The notes under the pieces were generated by a model, which was not told the DNA's origin, searched no databases, and saw only the letters and a program-made list of their open reading frames with translations. Below, in pieces: positions 46,774-58,230 of a stretch of DNA of 64,000 bases. The stretch covers positions 868,001 to 932,000 of the forward strand of contig JBLDXI010000002.1 of the NCBI GenBank assembly GCA_047495785.1, read 5' to 3'. This DNA comes from Lepidodermella squamata. Its lineage: Eukaryota; Animalia; Gastrotricha. The translations under genes were made by a program, and so were the position numbers. How positions within the stretch are numbered: the first letter of the stretch is position 1; each line of letters opens with the position of its first letter.

Positions 46774-49316
46774 ATGCGCCTGGAAATGGAAATTAATTAT
46801 GCTCTATGCCTGAGCTTTATTGGCCTAGCCTTGGCTTACAAAAAGGTATAAGTAATCAGGCTTTGGATCTTTTTTTAGAAGCATACTCTTGCTGATATCC
46901 CTAGTTCGAACATTGCGGCTAACCCATCAAATTTGCAACTTCCTTATGATTATGACCTTACAACTATACCAAAACAAAGTTATGCGGTGTGTTTATTGTC
47001 AAATTTTTCATCTTTCAGGCGTTGCCAATGTGCCACGTTCCTCATGTCGACTCATTAATCGTCGAGCCTTTTGGCACGACATGTAGCACTGACGATTTTA
47101 TTCAAGGCGAGGATGGTCGAATCACTTACGTCAAAGCTGGTTGTTCTGTTAAAGTCAAGTGTTCAACTGGACTCGAGTTGACCTCGGGATTGGATGATGA
47201 GGAAGCTAATCCTTACCTAAAGTGCTTGGAGACCGGCAGGTGGGACTATCCTTTCTACTACAAATGCGAATTTGTGAGCAATGGATTGTTGATTTTTCCT
47301 GAAAATTCAATTTACCTAATTTATCGCAGGAAACAAGGGGTGTCTTATTCTGTAAGCTGTTCAGAGTAAATCGGCACACTCATCCCAACCACGTCATCAA
47401 ATATTGGGTCAATAACTACTGGCTCGATAGGAAGGCAAAGGCGCCATTGCAAGGCGATAAGGCGAGGCTTGAATGTTTGAACGGCGCTGATCAACACGGC
47501 CATAACATGACTTCTATTTGCGGAGAGGACAGCAGCTGGAGTGTTGATTTGCTGAGCTCACAGTTTTGCCAACGTATTATATGATCTTTGTTGTAGATTT
47601 TACTACTCATTTCGATGTTTCTTAAGCTTTGTGTAAAGGTGAACCGGAGCTTGCTAATGCTGTTTATTCGACTGGCGGCTTTGCTGATGGAGATGTCAGG
47701 ATGGGAGAATGTGTCAATGGCTATCAAGTGGTTCATGGCCAGACATTGGATATGATCTGTCGCAAAGGCGTGTGGGTGACGCTGAATCCTCTCGTATCAT
47801 GTGAATCATGTGAGTAGTCCTGAGATTTTGTGGAGAATTTTGTGACTGAACGGTACATTTCTTACTGCTTTCAGATCTTGATAGCGCTGATTGGAAGTCC
47901 GCGTCCTGCTTTAACCCGGAGATGCCGAATGGTGTTTTCGATGACGGCCGGAACGGAGTGAATTCGCAAAGGCACTTTACTTGCAAGGAAGGATTTATTC
48001 TTGAAGAAGTGAATTACGCGGAATGCGCAATGAAATCGGATGGCATGCTCGATTGGGTCTACCATGGCAGGTGTTTACCTAAAGGTGAGGTTATAAACTG
48101 TCATTAACTTGAATTGTGACTGTTATACTCTTAATATAGTCTCTTGTGCCGAACCAACCATTGACAACGGGCGTTTCGAGGAAGGATCTAATGCCATCGA
48201 CGCGAGACGAAAATTCATTTGCGATGACGGTTACATTGGCGAAGGTTACGCTGTTTGCGAAATATTGCTGGAAACTGGCAACGCTGAATGGAGCGCAAAC
48301 GGATTTTGCCAAAGAGGTTTCACAACAATATTTGTCTCGTAAATAATGCTGCTAACATGCTGGGTTATCGACGTAGCGCGATCGAAATTTCTCAACTTGA
48401 CATAGGTTAAATATTTCTGTACATATTTTCCAGATAAGATTTTATGTGGCAGGCCTGAAAATGCGACGAAAGCGGACGTTAAAATCCGCTGCGATGACAC
48501 GATGGATGTTTACGCAGATGACTATCATGATGAATATATTGACGATGTGGTGAATCACGATGACTCCTGGCCATGGCTAGTTTCGATCCGACGCGGTGAC
48601 GGCAAACACATCTGCACTGGGAGCCTCATATCACCGCAGCACATTGTCACGGGGGCACATTGTTTCTATGGAACTAAGCCTGAAAGCTATATCGTTCAAG
48701 TTGGCCGCGTTGCTAAGGACAAACAAGACTCTACGATTCAAACTCCCGCAGTTGAAGATATCATCATCCACCCAGATTACCACCAAAGTTCCATCAGCAG
48801 ATTCGATGGTGATATTGCTATTATTCGCCTGAAAGCTCCTGGAGCTGTCATTAACGAGTTTGTCTCTCCGATTTGCTTGCCGGAGAACAGTAGCTTGCGC
48901 CTGCCGGAGGAAGTAAAATGCGACGCCACTGGTTTTGGATTTGGGGCATGGGAGCACTCCGTTAGGCAGCTTATTCCGAACAGTGTGTGCAAACAGCGGG
49001 ATAATAGAATCAAGGTTTGGCGTTGTACTTTGCTACGTTTGGTTGTTGTAACTCTTCTATTCAGAGACTTCTAAAAGTGCGGATGCTGTGTGCTGTCCCG
49101 GATAGCGAGTCAACTTTCTGCCACGAAGATGCCGGTAGTCCGTTGAGCTGTAAAATGGGCGGCGAAAACCTTGACGCCTGGGTGCTAACTGGTATCGCTT
49201 CTTTTGGATTTGGCTGCAGCACACGGCTGAATCCTGGCGTTTTCACTCGTACATCGACATTTCTCAAGTTTATCCACGAACATGCTTTTGATCTGTCACT
49301 TGTTGAGAAACCATGA
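46774..49316 (+). CDS. Secreted 5xCCP + trypsin-fold serine protease homologue (catalytic Ser replaced)
   Basis: Signal exon and five CCP-like exons. The S1 domain has WPWLVSI, CTGSLI, TGAHC (His) and DIAIIRL (Asp), but CHEDAGSPL in place of GDSGGP; it ends PGVFTRTSTFLKFI. Confidence 0.85.
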
Positions 49317-49483
49317 ATCTCGAAAATACCTCCTTTTCTCGCTCTTATGATCAAATTTGTTAAAAAATGAATGTTCATCCATTTAAGCCTGCAAACAACC
49401 ATTGTGCGAAATAAATCCTTGTTTTACTGATAGAAAAATTAGTTGAAATTATTGGTTCGAATGAAAGAAGGAAGAAAGTTCGT

Positions 49484-50752
49484 TCAGTTGTATAGAAAAT
49501 CAGGAGGACCTCTGCAATCTCCCAAGGCAGCTGGCACATTCTCCGCAGTTTCTTGAACTTCGCTCCCTTGGTCCGACCATAGCCTTTCGCACAATCGCGA
49601 CCAGCCATAAAGAAGCGGAAATCCGCGAATTAAGTAGTTGAAGTTATGCGGATCTGTCCTATATTCGAGTTCATGCGTATACTGCCACTCGTAGAATTGA
49701 TACAGGCGACCCTGCGACCTTTCCAACTTTAACCTTCTCATTATTTTAGACAATTCCTCCGGGGTTTTATCCAAGGCCGATAAATAGGAACCATTCGGAA
49801 GAAACTCACTGTAATTCGCTCCTCCGTAAACAATCGGAATCAATCCGAATTCCAAGTTCTGATAGTAACCGGTATAGGCCTTTTCAGTGATGTAATCGTC
49901 GCAGATTGAGTTTTCGAACGCGAGGTAGAAGCGAAACCTTGAGAAAAATCGTCGAATATTTCCACGGTATTGTTCGAAAAACCGTTCCAGTGTCCGGGTC
50001 TCGTTTATCCCGCTACATTTTCCGACAATCTCCACTGATATCCCCGACATCTTCAATCGATGTATATAATCCTCTCGACCTGACAGCGCGTCGCAATTGC
50101 TGACGATCCATAACGCATCCACTGGTCTTTTCCAGAAATTATCGACAAATTTCGCGATTTTACGCCGAATTTTAAGTTTCTTCTCAAGACGAATAGGCTC
50201 TAATCGCGGAAAAATATTGCCATAAGGGAAGAACACATGATTTTTCGAGTTTGACCTAAGATAGGACATGGTCCAGTTGAACTTCACCCAGCCAGGGTAT
50301 GATAAGTTGCTATCAAGTCGAGCCGGTGCTTCCAGCAGGAAATAAATCCATTTCTGCCACGAATGCCTAGGTAGAACCATGCTGACATTTGTATCATCCT
50401 TCCAACCATGGAATACAACGGCATGTGATGAGTTGATCAAACTCCGATCCACGCTGAGAATGCATTTGAGCTGCCCGTCGCTGTTCAGGTTTTTCGGGTC
50501 GTAACGAGGCCCGTGGAATGATATCTCATCTGAAAAGTTGTTGTAGCGATAGAATTCAGTCCAATTGCTATCGCCGAACCAGGGTGTCCAAAGGAGTATC
50601 ACTTTCGGCGTGAAATCCCGGGCGGTTTCACGTTGAAACGGGAGAAAACTGACGGAAAGGCGTTTCACTCCAGCTTGATCGTAGATAGCATATAGAATGA
50701 CAGCTACGGTAACTGAGCTGCATAGAAAAATGAAAACACCGCGATAGTTCAT
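49484..50752 (-). CDS. Alpha-1,3-fucosyltransferase (GT10), intronless
   Basis: Type II N-terminal TM; ILLWT, AVVFH, FNWTMSY, WIVSNC, FRFYLAFENSICDDYITEK, IPIVYGG. Confidence 0.93.
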   Translation of the reverse strand: MNYRGVFIFLCSSVTVAVILYAIYDQAGVKRLSVSFLPFQRETARDFTPKVILLWTPWFGDSNWTEFYRYNNFSDEISFHGPRYDPKNLNSDGQLKCILSVDRSLINSSHAVVFHGWKDDTNVSMVLPRHSWQKWIYFLLEAPARLDSNLSYPGWVKFNWTMSYLRSNSKNHVFFPYGNIFPRLEPIRLEKKLKIRRKIAKFVDNFWKRPVDALWIVSNCDALSGREDYIHRLKMSGISVEIVGKCSGINETRTLERFFEQYRGNIRRFFSRFRFYLAFENSICDDYITEKAYTGYYQNLEFGLIPIVYGGANYSEFLPNGSYLSALDKTPEELSKIMRRLKLERSQGRLYQFYEWQYTHELEYRTDPHNFNYLIRGFPLLYGWSRLCERLWSDQGSEVQETAENVPAALGDCRGPPDFLYN

Positions 50753-51639
50753 TCCGCATATTTGAGGGTGAAACCGGCTGAAACTTGGCTATGTAATATT
50801 GTTGTCTGCAGATAATGCTGTATTTTAAAACACAATTATATACACATATAGGCGATTTTGTAGTAGCAAATGCGTAGTAGCAGAGACTATTATATATGTA
50901 TGTGCTGCGGATAATATGTAGTACTCGCAATGTTTCCGGCTTCGCTTGCGTGCCTCTATAGCATGTGCTCTCATTCAGACATGGGCGTATACTGCGAGGA
51001 GTTGTTTTTGGGACAGTAGCGTGCTTTTCCAACTCTCCGCATCTGCTCCGTGACTTCGCCTTTGAATTGTAGTAGGAACAATCGAGGTATGACTCTCTTG
51101 GTGTTTTTCAGTTATTGTAAGCATCTAGCTATGCGAGAAAACACTTGACACGAAGCAGAACGCTTAGCAATAAAGCTGCTTGATGACTTGTCAATGGGGT
51201 CACCGTAACGCAGGGTGGCACGTTTTCAGAGATGCTGCAGAGTTGTCACTGTGCGCTGTGTCATTTGCTGCACAGGAAAAATAGGACAAAGGCTATTGCA
51301 TCACGTATCGCCAATGCCTACTTCAAAGTTGGATATCTTACATAGTCCGGAGTCACTGAGTTAAAAGCTTGCTCAAGAACCGAGTTTCAACAACTTCCTA
51401 TTCCTTTATCCTGTTTCCGCCTTTCCTCTTCCTCCAGTTGGATTGTTTACATAGCGAAGAAAGTTCCTAACAACGTTTAGGGATGGGGGCAAGGACAATC
51501 TTTCCGGTTTTGAGCCACGATTTCGCTGTAGATTTTAAGAATATCATTACCAACACTTTCAGTAACAAAACAGCGTGCAAATTTATTAATTAGAAAAAGA
51601 CTTCTTCGCAATTGCGATCTGTCGTTTTGTATTCCGATT

Positions 51640-51990
51640 TCTTCCGAGAGCAAAATGAGGTCTCCGATTTTCGCCTGTTTGTTATTTGAACCAATCTGCT
51701 TCAGCAGCCGTGTTAACTAGTGTTTCATCCGCCTATCTTGCATGAGCAACATGAGCTCGAGAAACTTCTTAGTAGGATCAGACCCAGCACCCAGCATTGC
51801 GGCCGTAATCGGGCGGGTATTGCGGGATCACTTGCCGAGGTTTTTCATCTTCGGGATAGTCGAAATCTGGAAAGTGGCTGCGGAAGATGAGATGGCCAAA
51901 TTGCCGGTTAATTATAAAAACGAAGGCCAAAATGGCCAAAATGGCCAAAAAGCCAGTGAGAAGTCGCAGCATCACCAAGTTGGAGCGCAT
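51640..51990 (-). pseudogene. Degenerate paralogue of the 56997-57377 small membrane protein
   Basis: Same N-terminus (MRSNLVMLRLL...FPDFDYP..EKPRQVIPQYPPDYGRN), then an insertion, frameshift and early stop. Confidence 0.6.
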
Positions 51991-53371
51991 TTTTCAAATT
52001 CATTGCAATTCATAGAGAATAGAGATACCTATATATTTGAGGTGGGCAACCCAACTGTTGTTACGATACAAAAATATCTTTTTCACTATGGTATATATTC
52101 TGGTCATATATTTTGATCAGATCAAGACTGAGCAGCAATGGCCCACCTCAAATCTTATGCCACGTGAAAGAGCAGCTCGCGTTCTATATGCATGCAAAAT
52201 TTGGTGAAAAACGGAGATATCCGTTTTGAGAAAGCACTCGATTTATTAATGCAGATCACAATTTTAGCTCGAGTGCTTACTCTGGTCATTTTTTTCTCTG
52301 TGGATAATGTCTTACAAATTTCTCGTATTCGACACGTTACTTTTCATTATTTTTTCCATCTAAAGTACAGTCATTCAAATTACACATTTCGCTTTCCACA
52401 ACTTGCGTTCACTATTCACTACTTGCTGATGAAACGTGTCCAGTAAGGCTACCTAGGTTTTAATTTTTCATCGCTACAGACTGCAGTAAAGTTCATCGCC
52501 ATGAATCCGTATATGTAATACAATGAGTAGCCGTTCAAACAGCATTAATATGCGTATTTATTACATTTGACGGTTAACAAGTGAAAAATGGGGTTTGGCA
52601 ACATTTTTGACATCGTGAGATTTTGATGCCGCTTTCACCATTTTGATCGAATCAATGCTTGCAAGTAAACCAAAATCAATAAGCCATTTCAGCGACACTT
52701 TGGGGTCTCGCGTCTTTTGATGCGGACGGGAGCCTTCTGAAGTTCTTATTAAAAAAATTCAAAACCCTTATAAGAAACCCTAGCGAAGGAAATCTCCAAG
52801 AATCGTCTCTCTTTAAGTCAACAACATTTTGCCATTTGATGGAAAAATACAAAAATTTCGCAAAACCTCACTTCGTTTGTTAACAGCCATTTCATTCGAC
52901 TCGCTTTTGAAAGACTTATTATCAAAACTTGCTGTACAGTTATTACATTAGTATTCACCCGGTTTTACATGGCACGATTCAAGGCAAAAAATCCGCATGT
53001 TAGGTGGCGTTGAATTACTGCTCTTTCATGTGCTCCAGTGGCCTGTTGTTCAAATTAGTACTTGAGGATTTGGAAATATAAACCTGAAAATTTTTTCGAT
53101 CGCATTGACTTTTACCGCCTCACGTCATATAAACAAGCCTAGAGATTCCGCGCTGCCTACGATATGTCTAAATGAGAGCACATGCTATAGAGGCACGCAA
53201 CACAGCCGGAAACATTGCGAGTACTACAAATTATCCGCAGCACATACATATATTGCGGCTACTGCAATATCGCCTATGCGTATATTTCTGTTCTAAAATA
53301 CAGCATTACCTGCATACATCGACAATATTACACAGTCAAGTTCCAGCCAGTTTCACCCTCAAATATGCGGA

Positions 53372-54700
53372 ATGAATTATCGCGGTGTTTTCATTTTTTT
53401 GTGCAGCTCAGTTACCGTAGCTGTCATTCTATACGCCATCAATGACCAAGCGGGGGTGATACGTCTTACTGCAAGTTTTCTGCCGTTTCAACATGAACCT
53501 AACCGGGATTTGACGCCGAAAGTGATACTCCTTTGGACACCCTGGTTCGGCGATAGCAATTGGACTGAATTCTATCGCTACAACAACTTTTCCGATGAAA
53601 TATCATTCAACGGGCCTCGTTACGACCCGAAAAACTTGAACAACGACGGGCAGCTCAAATGCATTCTCAGCGTAGATCGGAGTTTGATCAACTCATCAGA
53701 TGCTGTCGTATTTCATGGTTGGAGAAACGATACAAATGTCAGCATGGTTCTACCCAGGCATTCGTGGCAGAAATGGATTTATTTCCTACTGGAAGCACCG
53801 GCTCGGCTTGATAGCAACTTTTCATACCCTGATTGGGTGGAATTTAACTGGACAATGTCCTATCTAAGACCAAACTCGGAAAATCACGTGTTCTTTCCGT
53901 ACGGCAATATTTTTCCGCGATTAGAGCCTATTCGTCCTGAGGAGACTCAAAAAGTTCGGCAGAAAATCGCGAAATTTGTCGATAATTTCTGGAAAAGACC
54001 AGTGGATGCGTTATGGATCGTCAGCAATTGCGACGCGCTGTCAGGTCGAGAGGATTATATACATCGATTGAAGATGTCGGGGATATCAGTGGAGATTGTC
54101 GGAAAATGTAGCGGGATAAACGAGACCCGGACACTGGAACGGTTTTTCGAACAATACCGTGGAAATATTCGACGATTTTTCTCAAGGTTTCGCTTCTACC
54201 TCGCGTTCGAAAACTCAATCTGCGACGATTACATCACTGAAAAGGCCTATACCGGTTACTATCAGAACTTGGAATTCGGATTGATTCCGATTGTTTACGG
54301 AGGAGCGAATTACAGTGAGTTTCTTCCGAATGGTTCCTATTTATCGGCCTTGGATAAAACCCCGGAGGAATTGTCTAAAATAATGAGAAGGTTAAAGTTG
54401 GAAAGGTCGCAGGGTCGCCTGTATCAATTCTACGAGTGGCAGTATACGCATGAACTCGAATATAGGACAGATCCGCATAACTTCAACTACTTAATTCGCG
54501 GATTTCCGCTTCTTTATGGCTGGTCGCGATTATGCGAACGGCTTTGGTCGGACCAAGGAAGCGAAGTTCAAGAAACTGTGGAGAATGTGCCAGCTGCCTT
54601 GGGAGATTGCAGAGGTCCTCCTGATTTTCTATACAACTGGACGAGCCGTCTTTCTTCTTTCAATCGAAGCAATAATTTCAACACATTTTTCTATCAGTAA
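53372..54700 (+). CDS. Alpha-1,3-fucosyltransferase (GT10), inverted paralogue
   Basis: Same motifs as 49484-50752. TGG instead of TGA after FLYN extends the C-terminus by 20 aa. Confidence 0.93.
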   Translation: MNYRGVFIFLCSSVTVAVILYAINDQAGVIRLTASFLPFQHEPNRDLTPKVILLWTPWFGDSNWTEFYRYNNFSDEISFNGPRYDPKNLNNDGQLKCILSVDRSLINSSDAVVFHGWRNDTNVSMVLPRHSWQKWIYFLLEAPARLDSNFSYPDWVEFNWTMSYLRPNSENHVFFPYGNIFPRLEPIRPEETQKVRQKIAKFVDNFWKRPVDALWIVSNCDALSGREDYIHRLKMSGISVEIVGKCSGINETRTLERFFEQYRGNIRRFFSRFRFYLAFENSICDDYITEKAYTGYYQNLEFGLIPIVYGGANYSEFLPNGSYLSALDKTPEELSKIMRRLKLERSQGRLYQFYEWQYTHELEYRTDPHNFNYLIRGFPLLYGWSRLCERLWSDQGSEVQETVENVPAALGDCRGPPDFLYNWTSRLSSFNRSNNFNTFFYQ

Positions 54701-55439
54701 AACAAGGATTTATTCCGCAAGATGGTTTTTATCGTGCTCGAAAAGCTTAAATTATTCGAAATTCGTCATCCAACAATGTCACTACAAATTGCGATCGAGA
54801 AAGAACGAGAAACGGTTAACTGAGGCCAACTGGGGCATTTACGAAATTCTAGGCTTTTCACCATTTGATAGATCAAAAAGCATTAAGAAATGCCCACGTG
54901 TCGGCGTAAACGCTGGGAGTCAGCTCTCTCGTATATCCCGTTTAATGTCCATTGCAAATCTTGGCAACAGCTCGCCTCGTTGGTACCTTTTAGCCTGAAG
55001 GCATCTTTGCACTCGGATGGTTATGATTGACCCAGCAAAGAAGGGCCCAGTATTTTGATCCCCAACGATGGCATTGGTTAGATCCAGCCTCCTTATTTAT
55101 TACTACTACTTTGCGAAAACGGTAAAAATCCAATACTTGAATGTTTCTTTCATTCCAAACCAATAATTTCGGAATTACCTATTTGTTTGAGAAAAAATGA
55201 CCAGAATAAGCACAAGTAAGATTTGAGGTGGGCAATTGCTGCTCAGTCTTGATCTGATCAAAATATATGAAACCATAGTGAAACAGATATTTTTGTATCG
55301 TAGTTCAATTTTGATTTTGTCAGAAGGTTTCGAATAGTTTCGAAGGTTCGAAGGTTCGAAGGTTTGGTGGCCAGTTAACTTTCTTAACTAAGGTCTCTGA
55401 TGAGTCTCTTGGCCGAGATGAAACTTATACGTCAGACTA

Positions 55440-55750
55440 GCCATAATGAATATCGCAATCACAGAAAAAAAACCTCGCTGAAATGGCTAGCAGGCCGTCA
55501 AATTTTTTAACCGGCCAGCGTGTTTCAACGTCACATCGAAACCAAAAAACGAAAAGCTTCATCCAACGAAAAGCATCTGGGAATAAATCGCTAATTTATT
55601 GCCGGTTGCAGTGCCATCAACTGACCATCAATCTCGTCGTAGCATTCGTCGGGCCTAATTTCAGCAGTCTTTCAATCTCGGCAAAAACTCTCTTGATCTC
55701 CGGGTCGTCGTAATAATTATCTGAAGTTGAATTGCCACTTTGGGTCGAAA
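55440..55750 (-). pseudogene. Fragment of the 57626-58180 gene family
   Basis: Matches GACGACCCGGAGATCAAGAGA and the GCTAGCAGGCCGTCAAATTTTTTAACCGGCCAG segments of 57626-58180, with deletions. Confidence 0.7.
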
Positions 55751-56107
55751 TCGGCACTCATTTCAACACATTTGGTCACATCAGTTTTAAGCTTTACGCG
55801 CATTTGTCTACAAATTCATCCTCAAAATTTGACCCCAAATGACAGCGAAAAATAAAACGTTTGCTCAAAGAAGGGAGATGTCGGCTGTGCTAAAGTGACA
55901 TGCGAAAAGAAACGACAGCTGAACTTGCTTAGAGCGGTGTTGCTTAACGGCACCCTGGATCGTCAGCTATGGAAATTCATATAGCGCAACTACTGAAATG
56001 AAGGCGATCGCAGCCACGTTTCATAGATAATCTTCATTCATCACATCTTTATTGCTTTTACAAAATATTCTTTCTAATATCTTATCAGCCTTTTCTTAAG
56101 CCGGCAG

Positions 56108-56406
56108 ATGATCTACAAGCTAATGATAGCAGCCTGCTTGGTTAGTCTCTGCAATCGATCAACATAATAACGGATAAAACAGTAATGATAAATGCTTTTT
56201 TGAAATAGGTAGCAGCCGTCATTTCGTATCCACTCACGGAGAGCATGAGGCGCGAGAGCCAATACCACGAAGCCAACTACCACGAAGCCCAAAGTGGCGG
56301 GGGCAATTACCAGGACGCTAAGCCACGGGGAAGCATTTCCTCAGCTAATACGAAAAATGCTATCAAGTCTGCAGTGACTCAGTTTGTCCAGCAAAACTTT
56401 GTTTAA
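56108..56406 (+). CDS. Short precursor paralogue 4 (exons 56108-56140, 56209-56406; 76 aa); not in the ORF track
   Basis: MIYKLMIAACL | GTTAGT..ATAG | VAAVISYPLTESMRRESQYHEANYHEAQSGGGNYQDAKPRGSISSANTKNAIKSAVTQFVQQNFV*. Flanks are homologous (inverted) to 27350-28200. Confidence 0.82.
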
Positions 56407-56996
56407 TCGATCGATTTTACTATCTCAAGGATTGCAGGAAAACTCTTATTGCAATTGAAGGATTCAAGTAATTAATCGCTTCTTCAAACTATTACAATCG
56501 TTTTGCTGCGTGAATAAATATTAATGGAGCTACCGCAGCTAATTAACCAAGTGAATCGTGTTCAACTGCTTGCTTTCGGCGGAGGTTATAATTTGGAAAA
56601 TAAGCGATCCCCTGTTTTCCGAAGTACCTTAGCCAATCGCGGTTGAATGTTTGCCAGTTGCTACGAATGAAATGCCGAGGAAAAGACTTGCGGCGGGCAT
56701 GAGCTCCATCCCAGCTAAACCGGCGCTTGTTACCTGCCATCTAAGTTAGGCCTTCAGCTATCTAACGACAAAAAATAATCGAAAGACAACCGGGTGGTTA
56801 GGAAGCACCCAGGCGCCAAAAAATCACCCATTTAGAGTGCCTCATCCTATGTGGTCACCTTGTTTTTTGGCGGTATTGTTCAAGTATTGCGTATAAAAGT
56901 AGCATTTTTAGTTTATTACTTTAAAAACGCATTGACAATACAATAACATCTATCTTCTTGGCAAATGCATCGAAAGTAGGTTCAGAAATTCCAAGG

Positions 56997-57377
56997 CTAC
57001 CCGCCTTTCCTATCGAGCGTATCAAGATTTAATTCTTCATCTATAGAATTCGACGGTGATGGCGATAAGTCGCTTTTGGCCTGTTTGCTTTGTGAGCCAA
57101 TCTTCTTCAGTAGTTGCTTTAGTTCATGTTTCATTCGCTCATCTTGCATGAGCAATTTCGGCTCGAGGAATTTCTTTTGATCAGACCCGACATTGCGGCC
57201 GTAATCGGGCGGGTATTGCGGGATCACTTGCCGAGGTTTCTCTTCATCGGGATAATCGAAATCTGGAAAGTGGCTGCGAAAGATCAGATGGCCAAATTGC
57301 CGGTTAATTATAAAAATAAAGGCCATAAAGGCCAAAAAGCCAGCGAGAAGTCGCAGCATCACCAGGTTGGAGCGCAT
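56997..57377 (-). CDS. Small single-pass membrane or secreted protein, unknown
   Basis: ATG start, hydrophobic LLAGFLAFMAFIFII, and a conserved paralogue at 51990. Confidence 0.6.
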   Translation of the reverse strand: MRSNLVMLRLLAGFLAFMAFIFIINRQFGHLIFRSHFPDFDYPDEEKPRQVIPQYPPDYGRNVGSDQKKFLEPKLLMQDERMKHELKQLLKKIGSQSKQAKSDLSPSPSNSIDEELNLDTLDRKGG

Positions 57378-57625
57378 TTTTCAAATTAATTGCAATTAAT
57401 TTTGAAACCGAACGCCGTAAAATTAAGGTGGCATTTTTCGAAACAAAATTTAATTATTTATCCTGAATAAATTCTTATGGTTACTTTTTGGTTAAAGTGT
57501 TATTGAGAGGAATTGTTTATCAATTTCAAGCAAAAATTCGTAAAATTCAATTTAATGCGAAATATTTTATTAAATTACTGGCTATGGTTAGATTTTTTCA
57601 CATTTTTTATTTATCATTTATTTTA

Positions 57626-58180
57626 TCATTTTGAAAACAGGGAAATAATGCCAGCGAAAAATAATGCTAGCGATATCGCGGCTCCACTAAAAATCATCCA
57701 TGCGAAGCAGTTGTTAAAAATGAGGCCTAATATCGCAATCACAGAAAAAAGCATCGCTGATATCGCAATGGCTAGCAGGCCGTCAAATTTTTTAACCGGC
57801 CAGCCGTGTTTCAACGTCACATCAATCCAACGCGTTGTAACCTCTAGCTTTGGCATTATTATTGGCGGAGGTGGTGGAGGCGGTGGTGGTGTGGGAGCAT
57901 CTGGGAAAATTTCTATTGGCTCCAAAATCAATAATTTATCGCCAGTTGCAGTGCCATTATCTGAATTATCATCGTCGTAGTCGGTAGCATTTGGCGGGCC
58001 TAATTTCAGCAGTCTCTCGACCTCGGCAAAAATTCTCTTGATCTCCGGGTCGTCGTAAAAATCTGAAGTTGAATTACTACTTTGAGTCGAATTCGACGAA
58101 TCTTCAGCCAAAATTGAACTGTTGCCGAGGCAAATTAGAAGGATGAAAGCTGACGTTACCACTGGATTCAGAAAATGCAT
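57626..58180 (-). CDS. Signal peptide + acidic/Pro-rich ectodomain + two C-terminal TM helices (family B, copy 1)
   Basis: ORF composition; paralogous to 60362-60874 (IFA....L...GPP, LILEPI, TTRWI, H.WPV, AGIISLFS). Confidence 0.8.
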   Translation of the reverse strand: MHFLNPVVTSAFILLICLGNSSILAEDSSNSTQSSNSTSDFYDDPEIKRIFAEVERLLKLGPPNATDYDDDNSDNGTATGDKLLILEPIEIFPDAPTPPPPPPPPPIIMPKLEVTTRWIDVTLKHGWPVKKFDGLLAIAISAMLFSVIAILGLIFNNCFAWMIFSGAAISLALFFAGIISLFSK

Positions 58181-58230
58181 TTTTTAAATATCTAAAATTA
58201 CGAAAAATAATTTATATTTCTGACTGAAAT

